Part shown: positions 44,201 to 56,864 of the stretch, in pieces | Numbering within the stretch: position 1 is the first letter of the stretch | Layout: each line of letters opens with the position of its first letter | Assembly: GCA_012295275.1 (NCBI GenBank) | Contig: CM022672.1 | Span: 27,094,001 to 27,158,000, forward strand | Direction of reading: 5' to 3' | DNA from: Chrysomallon squamiferum | Taxonomy: Eukaryota > Animalia > Mollusca | Length of the DNA stretch: 64,000 nucleotides | Notes under the pieces: generated by a model | What the model was told of the DNA's origin: nothing | Seen by the model: only the letters and a program-made list of their open reading frames with translations | Databases searched by the model: none | Position numbers and translations under genes: made by a program

Positions 44201-46560
44201 TTAGTTTATCACAATGTGAAACTATAATTCTGGTCCAAATCAGTTCCTAATAACTTATGTAAGTGCATGCGTGCATGTGTGTATGTATGTCCAAGTCCAT
44301 GATATATGCTTTCCAAACTAAATGAAAGAAAAAATATTTCTTGCAATAGGTTTCCTTTCTTATATTATCACTAAAAAGTCATGATTATTAAGATAAAGTT
44401 ATGTTGAGATGGCAATAAACATGAATTTACTCATTATTATTATTATCATCATCATCATCATCAATCTTATTATGCTAATCAAAACCAGAAACCAAACAGT
44501 ATCTTAGAAGACAAAGAAAATTCATTACATCAGCAACGTTCAGTATTAAATTCTGTGGTAGTTTGGGAACAGTGTGATAGTTTCTTTTATAATTTTATTT
44601 ATTTACTTATTTATCATCATCATCATCATCATCATCATGATTACTGTTTTTTATTCTTTTTTGAAGACAGTACATTATACTGAACACATTTTTAAAGTAA
44701 AAGTAACTGAACTATTTGAATTTCAAGCACAGATACATACATCAGCAAACATTTTATTGTTAAGACAAACAAAATATCTTCTGATTTGTGACAGTTATGA
44801 ACAAAGCACAAATTAAGCACTCTTCTGTATCTTTAAGTCACAAATAGTGATAACAACAAGGTAGTCAACGGCTTTAAAAAAAACATTTCTAAGAAAAAGA
44901 TGAGAGGTGTGGTTATCTGTGCTGTATTATCACTGAAAACTTGGACTCCAGTGTTGAGAGAGACACAAGAAAGATATCAATTGTTCTCAAAGTAAATGTT
45001 TGTGGCTCAACACACTGACCTACATCTCATCACACCCTGGGAGAAAACAAAGAATAGAACTTACTTGATATCAACTTACAGAGAAGTGGTGTAGCTGTGA
45101 TATTGTTCAACAGCTGATCACGTTTTGTAACCAGATATTTTTTCAAAATATGTTTAATCATACGTCTTAAGAAATTTTATGTTGAAATATTGTGAAACTA
45201 GAACTGTTATAAAACAAATTTCTAATATGTAACTACTTCATCATTCTACAAAAACTTAACGAAATCATCATACTTTTGAAAAACTAAATATATGTACTAG
45301 GTATGTGTTTATGTATGTGGGTGGGTGTGTATGTTTTATTTATATATATGTATATATTTGAAATATAATTTTTGAAGAATTTTAAAATTAGTTACTGAAC
45401 TTTATTTATTCATTTATCATCTTTGCAAAATTTTAGATATAAAGGTTAAAAAATTGTAAATTATCTTCTGCTCTTTTTCTTTTGGTTATTTTTCATCTTA
45501 AGCATCAACTTTAAGTTTTTTAAATAAATAAAAAATATATTTAATTTCTAAAACATTATTTTAAAAAAAAAAAAGAAGGAAACAACTGAAGATCTAAAAA
45601 TATCTTTTATTAAATGTTTTTGCAGTTTTAATAAAATTCCATTAACTTTTTCCTGCTAGGTGTTAAGGTTGTATCCTGTATAGCTGGTTGTTTGTATTAA
45701 AGTTGTTGAATCTTGCATGGACAGTGAATAAGAATGAGATCAGAACTTAGCTGCTATTGCACATTAATGCACCACTGTATGTTAATCTGTGTTTGAACAG
45801 CAAGTTTCCGACAGAAAACAAACAACCCTGTTTAAACAACAAACACCAAAATCCCAAAACATGCTATATGTCTTATCAAAGTGGTGGCAAAACTAGCAAA
45901 AATGTTTCCAATTCTGTTGACATTCTGATTTTTGAAATAATTTTGGTCAAATATATTTTCACGTGAAGGTCAAAATATGTCGGAAGAATTTTGTTTTTAA
46001 AACAATGAGTATCTAATAACACATTCAAAGTTGTGTTAAATATGCTGCCAAAAAGGATTTTGTATAACTCTAACAAAACATATTTTAATTTTAAAGGAAA
46101 ATATAATACTGTCAGTGACTTCAGGCAATAAAGGAATTTTAAAAATTTCATCTTTGGTTTAGTATAGATAAAGATGACAGTTAAAAATGAGGCCTGTGTT
46201 GGGTAATCAAAGCCTCTGGCAAGCCCACAGCAAAGAGCACCCAGTGTTTTGATAAGAAAATATGTAACCTATGATTAATGTTATTGTTTGGGGAGTTATC
46301 CAACACTTCTTTAGTTATTTATGAATGAATTTCATTATTTTAAAAAAAATGTTATTATTTTTTTTTTTTATTAATTGCTTTACCCCCAGATGTTAGACAA
46401 ACTATCTTTTTATGCCAGTCAAAGTTACAACACTAAAAAAGGTATTTATCTACACCTGCGTTAGTGATTATGTAATTAACTACTGTAATGACTGGTCAAT
46501 GGTTCAGTTCTGGTCCAAGAAGCAACAGCTTATTTACCCCCCCCCCAATTTTTTTTAATA

Positions 46561-46627
<67 letters not shown>

Positions 46628-49515
46628 AACCACTGAAAACAATACATGTAATTTTCTGGTAATAGGAAAAAGAAAAAATAGAAATAACATTTAACAGACA
46701 CTTCTTAAAACTAATGATGATGTGTATAAAACAAACATTCCTTTTTGAAAAGAAAACAGAGAAGAAAAAAAATTACTCTTTTATATGAGTATTTTTTGGT
46801 TTTATTAAATATATGTAGTCTAACAAATAAATAATAGATAATTCTTGATAATACCTGTAAAAGGCACAGAAAAAAACATCCTTTAAAATAAATAAGTAAG
46901 TTATAAATTAAAAAAAATAATAATATATAATGGTAAAGGATTTATATATAATAGGTTTTTCAAGTCTATACAACAGAACATAAAAGAAAGGTATTTTAAT
47001 CTTGCAAACACAGTAAATTGGTAAATATAGTTGACACTGTTTTAGTGGTTGCTAAGTAAAACATCTAATTAAACAAAAGATCTTTTTGAAATTATTGTAA
47101 TGTTGGTATATGTGTATATGTGTGTATTTATATTGTTCCTAAATCTATAGATCAATATGCTATTTGTGTTTACCAAAATACTGCTGCAGAACTAATAATA
47201 CATGTATGGATTTTCCATTCAAAAAAAATAAAAATAAATAAAAAATAAAAAATGCATATATAAATGTATTTTCGTGGCAACAGACATACAACAATGTACA
47301 GTATGATTTACTAACATTAATATGTATGCTACATAATCAGAATTGTTAAGATCACACACATACATGTATATGTAGCCTATCTTTCTAATTATAAATTATA
47401 CTGAAGTCTGCAGTATGAAATCCTGATTTTACTAACTCGAGACATTACCATTATAAAACAATAAAACAAACTGTCAAATTGTCAACCGCTGTATTAAACT
47501 CAACATGTTTGAGAATGTTCAGAAAATCTTTTTGTACAATACAGTATTCAAAAAAAGTTAACACACACACACACACACACACCACATAATCCTAAATATG
47601 GTTGACAAGAAGGAAGAAAATCATAACCTGTCAAGAAATCATGCTTATCAGGAAGCGAGTTCTCAGTTATCAGGAAGTGTAGCATTCTACAATAATATAT
47701 TTATATATATAATTATATATTTACACTTATGAACGCTTCAGCAAGATAGCCACATTTTAATTTTGATACACTGTATTACACAGATCACTTAAAAATCACC
47801 AGACACTTATATTGCTCAAACTATGTCTACTAAAATAAAGCAGTACTGAGTGATATGTAAATGTGTCAGAGATATGATGTCCATCTCATAACAGATAGAT
47901 TATCTTCATCATCTATCTTATGGTGTCTTGTAATGTGTACATATAACATGTATGGATATGTAGATTGAAGATGAAGTGTATATATATATATTTATATATA
48001 TATATAAGCACACACACACACACACACACAAATTACTTTCTAATGAAATGACTAAATCAAATGGTAGTTGATGATAAGTCAACATGATCATTTTATGACA
48101 AAGCATCAAATACCTAACTTTATATTTACTAAGTTTTAAAAACAAAAAAATCAAACAATTTGAAAGAAACAGTGCTTTGTTTTTATTTGTTTTTATTTAT
48201 ATTTTTATTAATTTTAAACTATCTATATATTATAATAGAAAAGATTAAAAAATATCTATTACATTTTTTATTTGTGGATTTGTTTCCAATTACAATAAAA
48301 TAATTATTAATTTTATAGTTCCTTGTAGAAATGTCATATGAGATGCTATTAATCTGGTTTATTTTGATGAACGAATGTTTTATTTTATTTTATTTTTTTT
48401 TGTGTGTAAATATAATTTATATCTGCACTAAGCAAGTGGTTGACAATTTAAATGATAATGTCTCTTTCTTTTTTCCTTTTTTAAAATTCTTTATTTTTAT
48501 TTTACTTTTTAAAATATGTTTTGACAACATTAAAACCCTTTTGATGAAAAATATATAACTAAATCAAATATTTTCAATATTATTTACAATTTAGAATTGG
48601 AAATGCATTAGCAGTGAACTGTATTTTTCCTTTAAATTTATTCTGTCATTGAAATTTTCTAAACTGCTGATTTACACACACGCACACACACATGCATACA
48701 CAATAAATAATAATAATAATATCTTTGGATTTAAGAATAAACTGATTAAGTGTTTCTGAGAAGCACACTATTGGAACTCCACCCTAATACCTTTCATATG
48801 TGTAATTTACTTAATTAAGAAGCAGTGTCAGAACAGCATGTAATATTATGTCAGTGATATCCGATTTTAAACTTGAGCCAGATAATCACTTCTTATTTCA
48901 CATAGGAGAGGTAATCATATCACAAGTGCATATAATCATTCATCAAAAATTACATCAAACACTGATTGCTTGGAATGATTTTCATTTGGCATGGCTCTGT
49001 AAGCTACTTTCTGCAAAGATTAACAAGTTATATATCTCGGCAACAAGAGCTGAAAAATTTATTTTTTAATTCTTCTGAATCTGTGATATGTTTCACCTTA
49101 AGAGTTTGGCATTTAATATGTTACAGTTTGTATAATAGTGTTTTTTAAATACAAACATGTACATGCACATTCACACACACACAGCCACACTCAGACACAG
49201 ATAGGTATATGTAAAATAAAAAAATAAAAAGTTACAACTTATCTCTTTTGTTTACAGTTGTATGTGAAAACTGAACTAAAAGTTACCAATGTATTTATTA
49301 CCTTTATTTTATCTACTTCAACTGAACTGAAATATTATCCATTCAAAGAGTACCAAAGTTCACCTAGAGAACAAGTTAAACCTTCTTTATTCTTTTTAAA
49401 CCTTCTTTGTATAATCCACAGTACTGATTGAGTCATGCACTGCCCTGGGGTTAAATCATTCATGTGTGTCAGCATGTGGAAATGAATATGCACTACATGG
49501 CATTTTTTAATCTTT

Positions 49516-49550
<35 letters not shown>

Positions 49551-50197
49551 TAATTTTTGATATTGTGTTATGAAAATAATATTTGCAATAGTGAGACAAT
49601 GACTAATAATTATCATGGTGTAGGGAAAGAAAGAAAAAGCAACAAGCATTTTATACTGAAACAGATTTTTTCTTCCCTTTGATACACATATTTTAAGTAA
49701 TATTATTATTTTTTTTTTAAATCCTTTTTTTAACTGTACAAAGTCCATGTATATTGATGAAACTTTGTTAATGTTTTTCTCTATAATTATATACCACCTG
49801 GAACATGAAGAATATTATTTTAATACTAATGATTATGACTATGTTAAATATCATATATCTTGATGATATGACAATGAAACTGTTCCATTTGCTACCTTTA
49901 TCAGTTAGTTACAGGAAATCTCTTACATCTAGAAACTTACTAAGCATAAAATACACTCAGTGATAAATCAATAATGGGGAATGGGAACAGACAGGAATTG
50001 GAAATGGTCCAACAACTGATGTATAGAGAACTGATCTTACAAAATATTACACCCATGTGCTGTGTTTTATCTCTGATATATAGAATAACTGAAATATATT
50101 ATGATACAAACAATTATATTTACTTGGTGAAGATGAAGTTGGTCACACTGTATTTGATCAAAGTTTAAAAAATCAAAAATATAAAAATCAAAAAACA

Positions 50198-50251
<54 letters not shown>

Positions 50252-50519
50252 GTGACTACTACTATCAAAAATATTAGATGGAATTCAAATATAAATATAA
50301 ACCCCAAACATATGAATAAACTGGAGTGAAAATCTACTGTTGATTTGACAATTATATTTATTAATGCTATTAACCTGAAATGAATAATACATTTTAAAGC
50401 TGCATACATGAATGGACTCCTTTAGAAGCCATTGTAACAGCTATGAATAATTTCATGATGAGTAATACAACAAAATTTATATTATATATTATGTATGTGC
50501 CATATGTAAATATTGTTGA

Positions 50520-50552
<33 letters not shown>

Positions 50553-52912
50553 GTATTAGCATGCATGTATGGGTGGATATGTATGTTTGAACACATTTGT
50601 TCAAAGCAGTGTATGTCTGGTTTCTACATCAGAAGATACATATTTGTATTTATTCAACTACAAACACATCAGATGATGACCACCAACTGACTGAAAACAT
50701 TAGTCTGATGAAAACTAATTAACCTAACAGATTTTTAAAATGTTTAATCTTTAGTTGACATAAACTGTAAAATATCTGAGAAAAACAGTTTTACACCTAC
50801 CTTTTTAATATTTGTTTTATCCAGAAGAGACCTTGCAAGTTTCACATTGGCACCAATGAATTCAATCCTACATGGCTTAATTTCAGTTGGTTTGTACCCC
50901 TCTTGGAAATGTCCATTCTGTGTCACATCATTAGTAATACTGCTGAGGTCAAGTCGAGGAACATTATTAGAACTAACATATGGTTGTCGCTTTTTCACCT
51001 TCAGCTGACTACTATCAAACACCATTGACACTCCCTGAGTTTGAGTCTTTGAGCGAGCATTTTCAATATTCCGGCGAGCAGCCTCCAGTTCTGTGGTGCC
51101 GTTAGATACAGAGTCGGTAGTATTTGAGCTAGAAACTGATTTGCTAGATTTCTGAGACTCGATAACTTCATCCAGTTGAGAATGTTTCCCAGAGTGGACA
51201 CTACGTTCAGGTTCCTGACTAGACCTGTTAGTGACAAAAGAATTTTGTTGATGTCCAAGTCTCAGTTCAGCTTCTTTTTTCCTTCTGTTGGCAATAAATG
51301 TAGGAACACCTCGAATTGGTTCATTACTATCACCATCTTCAACAGTTTTAGCTTCAGTTTTACATATATTTTCTTCTTGTTTTTGTTCATCTTCTTCCAC
51401 TGGTAAAGATCCTGTTAATTTTGCTTCTGTGGCTGTTTTAGAAGAAATTGGTGGTTCATTTTTGCTAGATATTTGGAAATGATTTTCACTTGAATGTGTG
51501 CTCTCTTCAGATTTATTTACAAGTTCAGGTGCAGCACTGTGAACACTCGTTGGTTTAACTGGTGTTTTGGATGTGAATATTAATGAACCACTAGCAGAAT
51601 TGGTATCATTAGTTTCATCCCGGTAAGGAGCAACAGAAGCTACTGTTTTGGCATTGTACCTTGGTGAATTTGATGTAATCAATGAATGATTTTGCTCAGT
51701 TTGCCTTGGGGAGTTAGGTTTTACTGTGTCTGTCGATCTCACAGAAGATGATGGCTTAATTTCCTTGGGTACAGGTAAAACTGGGCGAGCTGGGATTAAA
51801 GGCCTTTTTGGCGGAGGCTGTGGTTCTGCTGTGGTTGGAGAAACTGGATATACTAAAGACACTGTAGTAACAGGAGATGGTGGAAGAGGGGCTCGCTTAG
51901 CCTTTTTTGACTCAAAAAAGTTTCTCACACTTATTACAGTGTTTGGTTTTGGAAGCTCTTCTTTATTTAACTTGTCTTCTTTATAGTTCATAATATCAGC
52001 CACTTTGTTTGACTGTTCTGGAGTAGGTGACATTTGCCCAGTATTGTTATCATGATTTGATGGATGTGATGTATTTTCAATAATAACTATATCTGTTCTG
52101 CCTAACTTAACATCAGCAGGCTCAAAACTATCCCTCGGAGACTTTATTTTGTTCTTCTCTTGATCAGCATCATATACATCCTGCTTAAAAGGAGCTACAG
52201 GTACACGTACTGGTTTCTGTGGTCTAACTCTATGGTTTACACGACTTTCTGTATTCACACTATCTGCTGAATGTACTGACCGACTGGATTTGGTAAAAAG
52301 ACCATCATCTTTTGTTATTTTGTGTAATCCTAAATGCTTATTAGAAGGATCAGCAATTAAATTCTCCAAACTTGTTGTACGTTTTGGGTGATGATGATAT
52401 GTTCTTTCTTCTCTTGCACTAAGAGATGAGAACTTGTCCAAAAGTTTGTGTACAAATCCAGAACCTGGATGGTATTCTTGTTCTTGGTCATTATCATTAA
52501 ACACAGAATCATTTTCTTTTAAAGAACTACTAACCTGTGGTGTTTTTGATACTTCTTCAAACCTGGAATCTCTGTGAGACGTTCTGATACCGAAAGATTT
52601 GAAAAAAGGATTGTTCTGTACAGATACAATATTGTCTGAATCCACAACAGTGCAAGTTTCATCTACCTCGCCCATTGTCTCTGGAGATTTGTTAGAATTG
52701 TAATCCTGCATATTTGACGACAGATCACAGTCAACACGCAAACCATTCATGACAACACAGTCCGTGTTTGTCTTGTTTCTGTCACCCGAATCTCGTCTCC
52801 ATGATGAACCGGAATATCCTAAACTGTCAGACGAAGGCCTATCCGGCCGATTTCCTAACACGTTCGATGTCCTTATATGTGGCACAGATGCCATTTCAAA
52901 AAGTCCAGTCAT
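26517..52912 (-). CDS. Phostensin/taperin-family (PPP1R18/TPRN-like) PP1-binding protein, whole gene span, 3 coding exons, 855 aa (849 aa from ATG 52894)
   Basis: Exons 52912-50801, 28326-28068 and 26713-26517 join in frame (2568 nt). The C-terminal region PCRIEFIGANVKLARSLLDKTNIKK|GKISFDDDKTSMFEYPSE matches the phostensin/taperin KISF...YPSE PP1-docking signature; GLSSY motif; ends SDLLF. The N-terminal region is long, disordered and Pro/Ser-rich. Confidence 0.85.
27049..27250. repeat. Degenerate ~45-bp minisatellite (core TGTCTAAACCATCTTGTGGTG)
   Basis: Four to five diverged copies in intron 2 of the phostensin-like gene. Confidence 0.6.
28068..28326 (-). CDS. Phostensin/taperin-like exon 2 (KISF PP1-binding motif at 28323-28312)
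   Basis: TTTTTCCTCCAG acceptor; GKISFDDDKTSMFEYPSEETLL...; donor G|GTAAGT. Confidence 0.92.
29301..29415. repeat. poly(A)/(AAT)n microsatellite
   Basis: Seen directly. Confidence 0.95.
35019..35178. repeat. Compound poly(A)-(AAAT)n-(TAAG)n-(AAAAC)n repeat
   Basis: Seen directly. Confidence 0.95.
37160..37330. repeat. Degenerate ~65-70-bp tandem repeat x3 (ACTTTTATTGAG.TTTCTTTGAT.TTTTT..TGRTC)
   Basis: Copies near 37162, 37231 and 37296. Confidence 0.65.
41242..41600. repeat. Diverged ~174-bp local duplication rich in CTAGTTACA motifs
   Basis: 41242-41326 aligns by eye with 41416-41502; partial further copies follow. Confidence 0.7.
46557..46626. repeat. (AAT)n/(GAT) microsatellite
   Basis: Seen directly. 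Confidence 0.95.
50199..50249. repeat. (TG)n microsatellite
   Basis: Seen directly. Confidence 0.95.
50801..52912 (-). CDS. Phostensin/taperin-like exon 1 (704 codons)
   Basis: 722-aa ORF in the track; donor AAG|GTAGGT at 50800, phase 0; short conserved-looking islands VSVQNNPFF, YHPGSGFVHKLLDKFSSLS and ELPKPNTVISVRNFFE. Confidence 0.9.
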
Positions 52913-53053
52913 AAATAAATGTAAATTAAGCTTCCCATCATGTCAAACTGCTACCAAAATTAAAATAATAAACTCACGATCAGCTTCTTCCCTGAGCCAA
53001 ATATCTCTCTCATTCGAATCTTGACAAGCACAGAAGGTAACACCACATTATGA

Positions 53054-53271
53054 GTGACGTCACGCGCAACACAGATCCAACAAGGTGAAGGGCAGATTAT
53101 CCTGTTGAAAATGAATATTTCACCAGAGAAGTTAAATTACTATATTCATGTATTTTCGGGAATAAAATAGTTCTCTCACTGAGTAGAAAAGTCCATGATT
53201 ATGTAAGGGAATTCAGAATCAATACCTAATGTTTGATTTCGATAGTTCATCCATCTACAATACGCATGCGT
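53054..53271. promoter_or_regulatory. Promoter of the phostensin-like gene: full CRE palindrome and NRF1-like palindrome
   Basis: GTGACGTCAC at 53054-53063 and ACGCATGCGT at 53262-53271, about 140 and 350 nt upstream of the ATG, in a locally CpG-rich stretch. Confidence 0.55.
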
Positions 53272-54186
53272 GACATTTGACCTGAGACAGTGCCCGTCCT
53301 GATTCATTCATTGAGTTTGGGATCCACCCATTTTATTATCCACAAAAGTAAAGAGCATTTTTTGTGGAAATAAAATAAATTAAACGTGTACTTGTTCCGA
53401 TTTCTTATTTCGAAATATTAGTATTCAATTCACTTCTTTTTTTTTCTTCTTCTTCTTTTTCTTTTTCTTTTTTCTTTTTTACAAAGAAATATGTTGAATT
53501 GGACTTAAACTATGGATTATTTTCTCTTTGTAGTAATAATCCGAAACCGGCAGTAATATATTTTAACGTTAAATTGTACTAATTATTACAGTAATCGATG
53601 ATTTTTTTATTTGTGCGTAATTTAATAACTTTACTTATAGTATTTGTTTTTTCAAAGATATATATATTCTGCTACAATTTAAAGGAAAATCATTGACTCA
53701 GTCTTTAGAGAACTCTGAACCATACTAAAAGAAAATGCTGACGTTAAATCATTCTATATATATGTATATGTATAAGGTGATGACCATCCTTTCGAAAGAA
53801 TTCTGATTCACCCAGTTCACGTTTTGGGATAAGATTACTTAATTATTAATCTTTCAATTCCCTTTAGAGTAATCCGTCCATCTCAACACATGTCCACTTA
53901 TTTAATATTCTCTCTAAGTATCGATCAGTTGGGCATTTCACAATGTGCTGGTTTCGTTCCTCACTCTACTATTTGTTTATTATTTATTTATTTATTTTAT
54001 TTATGTCCTATGTTTATCAAAAACCTCGAAATTTATTTATAACATTTGTTATGCAGCATTAGATAAAGCAGGATCAGAGATCATAGCTGTAGTGTATGTC
54101 ACTTCAAAGATGAAATGATATGTTATTAAATTTTATATTTATATGTCTTTAAGTACGTACTATGTATGTACATATACCTTAATACA

Positions 54187-54203
54187 TATATATATATATA
54201 TAT

Positions 54204-54272
<69 letters not shown>

Positions 54273-54310
54273 CGGACAGATAGATGTAGACATCGATATA
54301 GATATATCTG

Positions 54311-54358
<48 letters not shown>
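54187..54358. repeat. Compound (TA)n-(TAGA)n-(CA)n microsatellite
   Basis: Seen directly. Confidence 0.95.
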
Positions 54359-54359
<1 letters not shown>

Positions 54360-54606
54360 CTTGGCTTGGCTTTTTAACTTTGGGAACAAGTTCCCTTCCT
54401 GTCTCCTATATTGATAAATATCTGACATTTAGCTTCAGAATCTGTATTACGAAATCAAAAGGTCAGATACATGTTTGTAAAAGCAGAGCGACTGTTAATG
54501 TGACCTATTAAACTTTTTATTGCGCAAAGAAAAAAAAACTTAATCAGGTTCTTTTTAATAATAATAATAATATAACAACAACGACAACGAAAACAAGACC
54601 AAAAGC

Positions 54607-54645
<39 letters not shown>

Positions 54646-55304
54646 CTTAATATAGCTTTGAAATCGTTCTAGTTTTAGTACCACCAGCAGTATCACAATA
54701 GTAATACTAGTAGTAGTAACAGTTGTAGTAATAATAGCAGCAGCAACTGCAGTAGCAGTATCAGAAGCAGAAACAAAGTAATACTAGCAGCAATGTGGCC
54801 AAACCTCAACTCAAAGTAGTTATAAAATTCTTATTCTCTTACTCTTTACTCCGGAAAAGAAATCAGTTTGACTTTTATGAGTCATCTAATAATTGTTATT
54901 AAAGAATTTTTTGGAAATATTGTAAAATTATTATAAATTTAACTGATAATTCATTGAATAATTTTTTTTTTTCTTTTGTTTGTTTCTGTTTTAACTTTTG
55001 ATGGTCACTTTGCCTATAGAGAAATAAGTTAATCTTTCATGCTAAAATGTGATTAGGATAGAACTAGGAATTAAATTACAATTATTTTATATTCTAAAAC
55101 ATTTACACAAATAACAAAAGTTTTTTTTTTTTTTTTTTCTAACGTACGCAGTGTACTGTCGGTTAACACAATCACTTTACTGTATATATTCTCGTACACC
55201 CGTATACCCGAAGGCCTATGTAACCTTTTTGGGTCTGGAATCCAATAAAATCACTTTTAGAGTTTTTGACATTTAAATCAACCGGTGATTAGTTAAACAG
55301 TTAA

Positions 55305-55460
55305 ATTATTATTATTATTGTTGTTGTTGTTGTTGTTGTTGGCGCTGTTGTATAAAAGTTTGTAAGAAGGGAAAGAACTGTATACATTCGTAAAGTATAT
55401 TAAATTATTCCCCTTATTGAAAATTATCACCATCATCATCATTATTATTATTATTATTAT

Positions 55461-55495
<35 letters not shown>

Positions 55496-55520
55496 ATATT
55501 ATTAGTAGTAATATTAGTCG
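55305..55520. repeat. Compound trinucleotide tracts (ATT/GTT/CAT/AGT)n
   Basis: Seen directly. Confidence 0.9.
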
Positions 55521-55957
55521 TAGTCGGTACAGCCGTCGTGGTCGTCCTGTAGTAGTATTCATATTACAAGGATATCTTATACAAGTAGTAGTAATAGTAG
55601 TTTTGCATGTGTTTGAATGATTATTCTGTGTATATAAATTGGTGTGGGTTTGTTGTGATGTGATGTGATGTGATGTGATGTAATATAATGTAATGTGTGT
55701 GTGTGTGTGTGTTATTAATTGAAAAATAGTTGTATTTTAAAAGGTCAAATTGCTCAGCTACATACTGGAAAATATTTGATTTATTCAAATGAATTTAGAA
55801 ACTGAGATTAATAATAAAGAACTACATGTAAATAAAAATGGGTAAATTTTGTTTTCTTTTATTACAATTTATTCCAGTCGTTAATGTACTAGAGAGGCTT
55901 AGCGTAACATATCGAGGATTCATTTCGTTTCGTTAATTTGTACACTATTAAATTTTG

Positions 55958-55983
55958 ATTGGCGTCTTGTTGCCTGGGACAAC
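55958..55983 (+). promoter_or_regulatory. Inverted CCAAT box plus RFX X-box-like element upstream of TEKTL1
   Basis: ATTGG at 55958-55962 and GTTGCCTGGGACAAC at 55969-55983, about 110 nt before the ATG of a ciliary/flagellar gene. Confidence 0.6.
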
Positions 55984-56089
55984 AATTGTAAGAACTGGAC
56001 GATCATAAAACAACTCAGGCGGTTTAAGAACTTTCGCTCAAAGTTATAAGACAGGTGCGGGACTTTGCGGGTCTGTATTAATAATCATA

Positions 56090-56452
56090 ATGGCTAACGT
56101 GGCCATAGGACCCGAAAATTGGAGAAATGCTACACTGAGAGGCATAAAACTATCAAAAACATTAGTTCAGAAAAGTGATAAAAGTTGTGACATTGGTAAA
56201 GCGCTCGACGCTCTTCCTCAGCTTAGAGACACTGTAACTAGGTTGAGCAACGATGAAATAAGAAGATACACGAGAGATGTACGAGCCGTTGTTGCACGAT
56301 TAAGAGAAAGCCTTCTGCAAACGAATGACGAAATTAAGTCGTTAACGCGGACTAGGGAGGCGTTAGAAAAGATGTTGGAACACACGCGAAAAGACTTGAA
56401 GGTTAATCAGACGAGCGTTCAAATAAGAGATTACAGACCGCCCCCAGAAAAG
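56090..56452 (+). CDS. TEKTL1: TEKTL1 exon 1
   Basis: MANVAIGPENWRNATLRGIKLS...RDYRPPPEK; donor AAG|GTTTGT. Confidence 0.9.
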
Positions 56453-56821
56453 GTTTGTTTTTTTATTTTTATTATTTTATATATATATATTTTTTTAAAT
56501 TTTTCTTCTTCATCTTTTTTATTATTTTTAATGAATTATTATATATTTTATTATTTGCTAATGTAGCTTATAATTATGTGACTTAAAAGTCATCATTAAG
56601 GTGGTGTCTCATTTTATTTAACTTAAAATGAAACAAGAAAAATAATAATAATAACAAGAGGAAAAGAAGAAAGAAAACAAGATGATAACAAATATCTTAA
56701 AAAATATGATAGTAATAAAGATTAATATCAGTATCAAAAAACAAAATTCACGCTTTATTAATTATGACTTTCATTAGCCGTCAGTCCTATATTAAATATA
56801 ACCCAGAAGAAAATAACAGTA

Positions 56822-56864
<43 letters not shown>

